From contig NC_092671.1 in the NCBI RefSeq assembly GCF_964355755.1, positions 12,462,001 through 12,526,000 on the forward strand: DNA of 64,000 nt. Reading direction: 5' to 3'. The notes below the pieces were generated by a model. It worked only from the letters and a program-made list of their open reading frames with translations, was not told where the DNA came from and did not search any database. The position numbers and the translations under genes were made by a program. This document shows, one piece after another, positions 40,569 to 50,518 of the stretch. Source of the DNA: Antedon mediterranea (Eukaryota; Animalia; Echinodermata). Within the stretch, counting starts at the first letter, position 1. Every line of letters starts with the position of its first letter.

Positions 40569-43127
40569 ATGGACCGACATCAATACTGTGTTTTTATTTT
40601 TGTGTTGCTGTTTTACTCGATTGAATCCAGGTTTAGTTGGCGGTATTGTAACGGTAAACCTGTTTTTCTTGTATTATTATTAGTAAAATTGTATGTGGCA
40701 ATCATCATTTCCATGTATTGACAATTAAGTATAGGCATATTGTAGTACTGTATTGTTCTAGTTAAGATTATTCTCTTTAAGTGTCCATGTACTCAAAGCG
40801 CATTGTTGATTCTGTAAGAAATTTGTAAAAGTTAAAGAAATAAAATCGTAATAATAATATACGGTAATTAGGAAAAATAAAATACAAAATAAGAAAGACT
40901 TACTTAGCTATTTTAGTTAGGTGCTCACATTTTAGCTGTAAATTTAAAGTACAGACCTAATATACTTGCACAAAGTTTAATTCATGCAGATGCCGTACTG
41001 AAAGGTAAAGATATATCTACAATCCCGTACTTACCAAGAATTTTATAACTTTCTAACGTTTATACTTTTGTTTCTCTGTTTAAATTGTAGGCCTAATCCA
41101 ACAGTTTCATGCCCTTTCTGCTGATTAGAATTTTAATATTTTTATACCTAAATAAATAATCGTTTTCTATAGGGTACTTTGATTTGTAGGCATTTTGCAT
41201 TAGTTTGATTCTCGCTGAAATCCATTACTACGGTACCATATTCTAGAAGATATTATGGTTGAACGATACTTCGCATAGGTTTGATATAGCTGTCAATTTC
41301 AGTTAGTATTATATAACGTCATATAACATTTCATTAACACGACATGATGTCAATATAATTGGACCACACACATACAACTGCAAAGTCTTGTTACAATATC
41401 AGAAATTAAATCTTCAAAGACAGGAGATTAACCGCCTACCATGATGGGTTGTGTGGCAACTGGTACACTCGCAACATTTAACAACGCGTGATGTACCGCC
41501 TGTTTCTTAGTATGGGTGGTATTGAGTGTGAGCCAACTGTAGTGTTAAAAGAATGTTTGATCTTATCTTATAGGCCTATATAAGATAATTATTCCATAGG
41601 TGTAATCAATGGGAGTATTGTCAAAATATACAAATGTAATCAAGGTGTATCAACGTTTACCATCCAACGACTGCATCCCACTGTTTAACACAGTTTGTGT
41701 TTAATTCGGTAAAACATAGGATTTTTGTTTGTGATAATAAGGAACGGTTTTTCTTTATTTTCTGATGGTTATTTGACTCAATTATTTCTAGGCCGGCAAA
41801 CATCTGATGTAGTATCTATTGACTCTCTAAATATCTCACCAAAACCCATTCGCCTGCCAGGAACAATCAACATTGAATTTTATACGCAGCTCCATGGAAA
41901 TCTGACTGGACCGTTGTCGGTGAAAGCCGACATATGGAGAGTAAAGAAAAGACGATTCACCACCATGCGGACAAAAATACCCGGATGTTGGTATGTTTAA
42001 AATAAAGTTTCATGTTGTTATTTGAATGTTACAATAGTTAAAACAACCACGTAGTGATTTAGATCTTGCTATCACTTTAATCAGTGTTTTAAGTTTAGAA
42101 CTACGTGGCTGATGTAAAGATTGTAGACTTGTAATTGTAGTTTTTCGCCAGGGAGTTGAGTAATTAGATCAATTACAATCCTGTTGGTGCAGTACCCGCT
42201 GCTTACTTGGGCTCGAATCTAACCACTAGCCATCAGCACTAGCTCGGTGGTCTAGAGGTATGAACGCCAGACTAGTGATCTGGAGGTCGTGGGTTCGAGT
42301 CCCACCCGAGAACTACTTGCGAATTTGTTCCGAGTATTCTCAAATGTACGTACCCTACTAAATTAATACGGTTTATCATTTCTAACAATGATTTTCCTTT
42401 TAGTAACTATAACAACTTGTGCGCTGAGATGTCAACACATGACGAATGTCCATCTTACCTGACGTCCAACAACATTCCTTGTACCTGCCCACCAACACCT
42501 GGATCGTTTAACACATCTGTTACACCTGTCACGTTCACCGTTGCAGAAATTCCACTCTATGTCGCAATGTTTGCTACGGTAAGACATGGGTTATTTTGTC
42601 TAAGATGCCTAGACCATTCACGTTTATTTTAAATATACTATACTAATGAGGCCATTGCATATACGACAAAAATCTGATATGATATGATGATTAAAGTTAT
42701 CGGAAGAGATGACTTTGAATTCAGTATATTAAAACAAGCTTACACATGCATGTATTTAACACACGCTTATGTTGCCTGTTAAGAATTTAAACTTTCGACC
42801 AATCGGCTAGGCCGATGATAATGCTGCGGTTACGGAACTAATCGTGCGTGACATTGGGTGAAGATATTCATGGTTTTAGGGTTAATTATCACAAACAAGT
42901 TTATGTGTCAAATCAGACGAAAAACAAAACCGAATGAATTCCGTATTAGGCAGTCATTTCTTAAATTGAAAAAAAGCTCCGTTTGTATATTTGCTGACGT
43001 GTACGTTTTTAATGTTTTATTCCAGGGAAATTTTGAAGCCAGGATAAAGCTTCGAGACGGTCCTAATAAGCGGCTTCTCCTGTGCGTGGAGGTTGATGTT
43101 AAGATACTAGCTGGTGCTCAAGGTTAG
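40569..43127 (+). CDS. GM2 ganglioside activator-like / ML lipid-binding protein, copy 2 (~186 aa)
   Basis: Exons 40569-40653, 41792-41990, 42404-42578, 43026-43127(TAG). Same intron phases as copy 1 and identical exon-1 and exon-3 lengths. RFSWRYC, SPKPIRLPG, CNYNNLC, IPCTCPP.PGSF, GNFEARIKL..LLCVEV. Confidence 0.85.
42241..42313 (+). pseudogene. tRNA-like sequence (AGT anticodon) / SINE head in a GM2A-like intron
   Basis: TGGTCTAGAGG A-box, CCAGA-CTAGTGA-TCTGG anticodon arm, GTGGG-TTCGAGT-CCCAC T-arm; acceptor stem has only 5 of 7 pairs. Confidence 0.6.
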
Positions 43128-44941
43128 AATAAACGACACGACACAGTAGAATCACACAACTGTGGATCCATAGTGATGATGTATCGGTACGATACGGTAC
43201 AGTAAATACCGTGGCTTATTAGTGCATTAATTTTTGTGTGGTAACATAAATTGGCAAAATATTATAAATAAAATTGTCGTCGTTAGCATGTGTTATTCAA
43301 TAATATAGATATTAGATATAGGCTTACACAGATACTTGTAAAACCCATAATTAGTTTTAGTACATCAGACTTGTTGTAAATAATATGTTCTTTGCTGTAG
43401 CAAAATGACAAGGGCCTATATAAGGGCTTCATTTCAAAATGGACAATGTCATTATTAACATACAAACAAGCTTTTCCTTTATCATTTAATGTGATATCAA
43501 TAGTTTGCTAATATTAGGTGCTGTAGGTTGCGATATATTTTGTTATTTGCTGTAATAAAACAATATGTATAATTATTTTTAATTTGTTTTTTTTAAAGAG
43601 TGACAAAATACCAAATATCCACTAGGTCTAAAAACATCAGCAACAGCAACGGTTGTGGTGGTCAGTAGTTTATTGACCCAGTATCATTAGAAAAGAAATC
43701 CCCGGATTATCGATTTAATATGAATTTAATACATTTTAAACTAAGAACCATATTATTACCCACATGTGTGTAAGCCTGATCATGTGATTTGAGATTGAAA
43801 TACGGTACGAAATAAATACAATAAGTCGACATAGTAAAAACGTTATTCTTCACTACTAAAGATGAATCGGGGTCCAACAATCATCAAGATTGTCCCCTCA
43901 TTTATTTTACAAAATAGTGTCTAAATATGAGTGTAGCCTGAATAGGGGTGTCCCAAAAATGGATTCTATTGTATAATATATTTTAGCGGAGCCTATTAAC
44001 CTACTCTGTCAATATCATGACCCTATAACAGACCAAATAAAATACAGGGTTATTTCCTCAATTTGAACAAGGAAAGGGGGGTAGGAGCAGACAGTTACCG
44101 TAATTTCAAGTATTCTATTTTAATAAAGAGATTATAAAAGTCGTTTGTTTAATGTGAAGTTTTACATATCATTGAGTTTGAAAGTAGGTTTGGCTGTAAA
44201 ATCGAATACACGCCCGCATATTTAGATATGCCTTGCCAGTATAAACGTTATTGCGTTAGACACACCTGTATGGAAATTAATAAATTCCTTGGCAACAGAA
44301 ACACTCATTCGGAACAATGGTATTCGTCAATGGATGTAGACCCTATAGGTCTATTGTTTGCGCTTGAGATTCGAGAGGTAAGAAGTAATATTGTCAATTA
44401 CAACATTATTTTAAACTTTGCTCTTTTATATATAATACAATATTGAAATATAAGAGACATAATGTACTCGAAAATACCACGAATTGCAAACGCTAGTGCC
44501 GTTTTCACACTTAGGATTAGGATCACTTCGGCAATGTATAGCTTGGACGAAATATATATTCTAACTAACTGAATTGGTCTTCACATCATAAGCGAATGCA
44601 CAAGTAAAACTATAGGCAAACATTTGGTCAGAAACAGAAAAACAGAAACTGTAGGCAGGCCTATTTTTCATAATTATCATTCCGTTAATGAATGACGTCA
44701 TATCGACGCCTAATTAATAGGGGATTATTTGAGCGTTGCGACATTGGTAAGTGTTAAAACCACAGTCCGTTCGATCATGGTTCGATCCCGTCTATTGATC
44801 GTCACAACGTTCTCTGTTTTGCATATTATTGTTGTAATCTAAACAAACACAATGAGTTGATTTTTACGTACATTTCTCATAACTTATACAGTGATTTATT
44901 TATGTGGATGGACTCGGACGAGCCCGGAATTTTGAAACAAG

Positions 44942-47332
44942 ATGGAACCGGAAAAACATGTAAGTTGTCATCAATATTTTACCGTAATTGCATAATAAGT
45001 TTATTATGGCATGGATAATAATTATTTCTCCATGTTTATTGCGGTTGGATTTACGCCACAAAAATGTATCCTCAATTCAATTCACTCTATAATAATACAG
45101 CAGAGGCCCTATTAAGGGGACACCTTCGGAACCCAGCTAAGTGTCCCCTTAAGGAGAGCTTCTACTGTATTAGTTTGTGACCAATACAGCAGAGGCCCTA
45201 TTAAGGGGACACCTTCGGAACCCAGCTAAGTGTCCCCTTAAGGAGAGCTTCTACTGTATTAGTTTGTGACCAATTTTCGCCGCGACATACTGTACTTCAA
45301 TGCAAGGACTTTAATAAAGCATCCCTTCATTTTGCTACGATTGTGCTTTTAAGCAGTATACTGGTTAAAACCAGTATACTATATTTTTTAAATTTAATAA
45401 ATAAGTAAATATTTATAGGCATATACTAGTTTTATCCTCATAATGATAATGTCTTGTTTAATTATTTTTATTAGGATGTACCCGTTAATAAATAAGTAAA
45501 TATCTATAGGCATATACTAGTGTTATCCTCATAATGATAATGTCTTGTTTAATTATTTTTATTAGGATGTACACGGCAGTGTTTATGGTTGGATATGGCT
45601 CATCTTCCTTATATGCATCCCTTTGGCATTCATGTTCGGAGCGCCACATGAGCACTTTGGACAGGAATTCGTATCAGTGTCAACTCTTTATATTGCTCTC
45701 AGTGTCTGTATATCAACAGGAATAGTGATTCTCATTCTGTTACTGATCGACTTCCATGACAAAGAAAACGACGTTGAAGGCACTGTAGGAATCTTCTTTG
45801 AAAATGGCGCCTCAGATGTTATCCACAGTTTCCAAGATAATGGTATTTATTTGATGATAACCGGGAGTGTTCTTCTACTAGCCACGTCGGCGTTCCAGAT
45901 CGCTCCATTATATATTTACTCGACTTGTATTGGACACCCGCTCTTCAACATCAAAGTCTCAATGATAGTATTCGTATGGGTCTTCATAATGATGGAAATG
46001 GTCTTAATGCACTGTCTGTTCGGTACTCCTCGACAGAGCAACTCTTGGTGGCATTTTACCGGGTTGTTTCTTCTCCGATTCACTCTCATCCCGATGAAAT
46101 ATGTAGAAAAACGACGATGCCGAAAGAGATTGCGTTCAACAATAAGAAACTATATGATGATGGCCACTCTACTATGGGCAAACTTTTCATTAATATTGTA
46201 CGCAATGTTTGAAAACGCAAAATCGGTAATTGACGTCGAACCAAAACAAGAGGTGAACTGTTCTTTAGGACTTATTTCTGTAATAAACCAAGATGACACT
46301 GTTAAATTCTTCAACAACATGTATATATCAGTGCTGTCAGAATTCACGGCTCTTATGATTGGGATTATATACCAAGTTTTCTGGTTAAGTATGTCCGGAG
46401 ACAACAATACGCAATCAAGACAAAGCTTGGAAGCGTCACAAAAAGCTGCACCTCAACAACCACTTCTGGAGACTTACAATGAAAAGAGTAGACTGGTGCC
46501 ATTTACAGATCAGTCTACATTCTGGCAGCATAAACCAGGGCTAGGCCTCGTTGTTCATGTATTTCTTGCAATCGTAACTGTAAGCGTGTTTGTGTCTTCT
46601 GAAATAGCCTTGATGGCGTTTTGTTATCACGAACAGAGGAACACTCACCAGAGCACAGAGCATCAAGCCAGTCTTCTGCTTCAACTGGATGGCACAGCAG
46701 AAATACTCATTTATTCATTTCTTTTCTTCACTGTTTGCTACATCTGGTATAAAATGATAGAACCGCTCTCAAACCCTACACATACTACCTGCATAACTGG
46801 TCTTGATCAGAACCTCTTGTTACTATCATTAAGTGGAATCTTCCTTCAAAATACATGCTCTCTCATTGCTGCCGTCTACAGCATCGTAGATAGGACAACG
46901 CGCTACGCGGCATTTGTCGTTCTTGTTCGCGATTGTCTGATCATCCTACAAAGTACAGCGCAGACAATATTTTTATGCAAACTTGTAAGAATAGATAGAT
47001 ACAACTTCTCGAATGAACTAAAGACGTTTCTACTTGTACTATTGGTTTACAACCTTATATTATATATATTTAATCTTATGGTAGAGTCGAAAGAACTATG
47101 CATTGAAGAATTAGAAGTTTCATTTTATGATGCTGGTGATTGGGGTGCTCTTCTACGAGTCGTTTCACCTTTCTTTATCTTTTATAGATTTCAGTCATTT
47201 GTTATCATTGCAGCAGTAATTCAAAGACATTACATTTGTGGTACTTCTGCAGACGAGCCACAAGAAGGTAAACATAGAATGGTTGAGTCGACAGACACTG
47301 TTGAAGGTTGCATTGAGCTAACTGGACATTAA
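44942..47332 (+). CDS. Otopetrin-family (proton channel-like) multi-pass membrane protein, divergent (~594 aa)
   Basis: Exon 44942-44959 (MEPEKH|GTAAGT) splices in phase 0 to 45566-47332. About 12 hydrophobic segments. Otopetrin-like motifs SEFTALMIGIIYQVFW, LDQNLLLLS..G, LQSTAQTIF, FLLVLLVYNL, SFY..DW..L..V.PFFIFYRFQS. Confidence 0.8.
45094..45274. repeat. Perfect 89-bp tandem duplication containing a ~70-bp TA-flanked Tc1/pogo-type MITE
   Basis: TA|CAGCAGAGGCCCTATTAAGGGGACACC...GTGTCCCCTTAAGGAGAGCTTCTACTG|TA present twice. Related decayed copies at ~338-535, ~11077-11210, ~25610-25760, ~28858-28980, ~43860-43975, ~58160-58253. Confidence 0.85.
45394..45572. repeat. 91-bp tandem duplication spanning the otopetrin splice acceptor
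   Basis: TTAATAAATAAGTAAATAT...TTTTTATTAGGATGTAC at 45394 and 45485 with 2 differences. Confidence 0.9.
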
Positions 47333-48026
47333 CAGCAACTGTGTGTAGTGTTCAGAAGATCTGTTAATAGTGGAGTACAAGAAGATAAGCAGGCTTTGTT
47401 GGCGAACAATATCATTTTGTAGTATATAAATAAAGGCATACATTATATTTTTTCCTAACAGAACGTAATTATTGTTTATTAAAGACTACGATACATTTCT
47501 TTTAGTGATTTAATATACTTTACCCACCACCTAAGTGGCCTTAAACTTGTCCTTTTTTATGCCTACATTTCTTTGTACAGTATTAATTCACTCATTTACT
47601 AGCATACATACAATTATAGTGTACCAAAAATGCGTAAATTTGTCCTAGATAATTAAATTGATTAAACTTTTGAAATAAAAAAACCAAACAAAATATGTTT
47701 ATACAGTATAATTTATTTTCCTGTATCCAAATAATTAAATACTGTATCTGTAGTTCAATTTAATTTCACATTGTATTGACTGTAACCCTGTTTATCTGTG
47801 CAATTTCTCCATGTAGTATGACAATATTTTGCCCAGTTCATAGGCAAATTCCATAATACAGCATCATATGGATATATTTAGGGTCTTTGATACATGCTTC
47901 ACATGTGATGCTGTATCACACAATTCTTCTATGATATTAGGCAAAGAGGTGACAATATTTTGCAGTATTTTAATAATTCCTGTTATTAATCCAAGCAATA
48001 TTAGATGTGGAAAACACTACTAACGT

Positions 48027-49663
48027 TTATCCATCATCCCTCTCATCTTTTTCATTGTCTATTGTGTTCTTTAAATGTTCATTTATAGTTGCTAAAGCAT
48101 TGGACTTGAAAGATGTATGATTGAGAACTTGCTTGTATTTGGCGAGTTCATTCATTCTAGAAAAAAAATAAATAAATTACAAATCTTTTTGAAAACATAA
48201 TGTGGGTTGTTCTTGTAATGCTTTAATACCCCATTTCTGATTGGTTTTTTGTGGCTTGACTTTGGACGTTAGAGCCAGAGAGTTAGAACGCGAGGCAGTG
48301 TCTGGAATGGGCGCAGCCTGCATTTTCCCCCGAGGCCTGTCAGTTGTCAAAATTGTTGAAATTTAGAATAGCTTACAATCCTCTGGACTTTACACACTCT
48401 GGGGCATTAAGACCAGTGTTTTGTATGGTGTGTGTGACCTCCCGAGTTTTGACATGCTGAATTTAATGTAAACTTTTAAACATTCACTGATCACATGACA
48501 TGCAGTAGACTTTGAATGCACAATACTTACACATGTTTTTGACGATCTTTTGCTTTCCATGTGCCTGATTTTTTCTTTAAGCTGAAAATGTAACGATAAT
48601 AGACAGAACTCAGTGAGTATACTGTACATCATTCAAGCTGAAGATGATTGACACTATTTTACATATTATATTCATTTACCTGTCTGCATGTTTCTCTGCA
48701 TTTGTCCTTTTTGTTATTTTTAGAATTTCTGTAAGCTCTGGAAGTGCTTCTGTCAAAGGTTGAAGGTCACCAACGATAGCTGTGTTCGCCCTCTTTTTAG
48801 CCTCAGATTTTTTCTTTTTATTTGATTTCACAGTTTCAATTTCTGGTGGAAAAATTTATATTATATTGCTTAATATTTAAGAAAAATAATAAAAAGGATA
48901 TTTGTACCGTTAAATGGAATGTTAAATGGATAAGGTATAAAAAGGTAAATTATATATATATATATATAAATTTGTTGTGTATGTCAGACAGATGGATACA
49001 CCAATCATGCCCCTTTTATTTTATTATTTCTCAATTCTGACATACTCCTTCAGAACATATCCTCAAATTTAAGCATTCTTACTTTCTAGCCATTTATCAT
49101 GCCTTATTTTCATTTTATCCTTTTTCTTCAGCTGCTGTCCATCTTTGATACTCTTTTTTGATATAAAACTTCTTGTATCATCTTCAGGTGGTTTTAATTG
49201 AGTGTTAATACTTGATAAATCAAAGTTTGGCAAGCTGAACAATCCCTCAGTTTGAAACACAGGTGTTGAACTTATTTCAACATCATCAGGCTGTAGATAA
49301 AAATAACAATCAATATAATGGAAAAAATACGTTGTATGTATGTTGTATATATGTTGTAATGTAAATAGAATCTTCGGCCCCACTTATTCCGGGACAAAGT
49401 GACTCGAATTTGCTGTCCCGATGAAGAGTAGGCTAGATCTCTTTGTAGCTATGTACTCGTTGCGGCTACATGTCTAGGCCTAGTTAGTAGGCCTAGTCAA
49501 ATTTATGTTCTTGTAATAAAAATATGTGAATATTACGAACTAATGCTTTTTTATTGGTCTTTATAAAGTACATTACCATTTCTGTATCAATATCTTTATT
49601 TCCCTGTCCTAATTTGGACACTGGAAGATGATATTTCGAACGTTTTCTTTTTATTTTCCCCAT
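48027..49663 (-). CDS. SLX9: Ribosome biogenesis protein SLX9 homolog (FAM207A), ~212 aa
   Basis: Exons 49663-49577, 49290-49083, 48842-48680, 48581-48531, 48156-48027(TAA). MGKIKRKR, KKKDKMKIRHDKWLEKIE, IVGDLQPLTEALPEL, ELAKYKQVLNHTSFKSNALATINEHL match the SLX9 family pattern. Confidence 0.9.
48198..48461 (-). ncRNA. Candidate intronic U17/SNORA73 (snR30-like) H/ACA RNA
   Basis: GC-enriched island in the last SLX9 intron, sense to the host. Collinear motifs GGGAGGUCAC, UGCCCCA, AAGUCC, GGCCUCG, CUGCGCC, AUUCC, AAACCA as recalled from vertebrate U17. Closing stem UCAG-UGUCAAAA/UUUUGACA-CUGA; terminal ACA+3 nt. H box ambiguous. Confidence 0.55.
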
Positions 49664-50518
49664 GTTTACAGTCCATGTGCTTGCTTACTACGTTAGAAAT
49701 CATTCAAGCATTAACATTATAGAGGGCGACTTACAATTAATTCTGAATAATAGTGGTTTAAAAATGTTCAATTGAGTTGATTTCCAATTTTACTTTAAAG
49801 GCCAGGTACGGGCAAAATTTCTATTGATCATACATTCCAATAATTATTTTCATAATTTGGGAATTTTATTTGTTTTACACGAGCTTGTTGAAAATAAGCA
49901 CTTTCTTACACAGTAACATCTCTATTCTTTTGTACACAAATGTTGTAAATACAGAGGTGAGAGGCATTTTAAAAACTGTGAATGAACGGTGTGGTAAAAA
50001 ATGTTATCAGATGACTAAATATAGGTAATATAACTTGATTTTTTCTAGTAGTTTTATTCAACTTCAGAGTTTTATTTCCATGCTATAGCAACAATTATCC
50101 ACCATATATCCACCATTTTTTTCACCTTCTAGGGAGTCACCAGACATGTTATTACATTTACCTAACTACTGAAAAAAGTTTTTCTGGTTTTTATAGCAGA
50201 ATTTTCTATTTGACCATTTCAAGGAAAATTCATGTTTTTTCGTCTTGATTTCTATTACAAATATTTTATTTATATACATTTAACCAGATATTATATTTAA
50301 AATTCATGTCTGTACCTAAGCTAAGGCCTAGTACTTGTGAAGAGGATAACTACCTGTTGTTAATATAAACCCGTCTTTGTTGATGAAACATACAATTAAG
50401 TACATTACAACTGATTGAACATATGAAATCCAGAAATTACGGTCTTTGTTTTTATTGATAATAGAGGTTTTTGAAATATGTACATTGTAACTTTTAGGAA
50501 GTTTTATTTTAAAATGTA

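Noticed and set aside
48198-48461. Telomerase RNA or RNase MRP interpretation of the intronic RNA
   Set aside because: No CUAACCCU template (only CUAACUCU, in the 3' half) and no convincing P4/CR-I-CR-V pairing; U17-like motifs fit better.
48979-49046. GTATGTCAGA/TCTGACATAC hairpin in an SLX9 intron as a C/D snoRNA or miRNA
   Set aside because: No canonical C box at the 5' end and only a ~10-bp stem.
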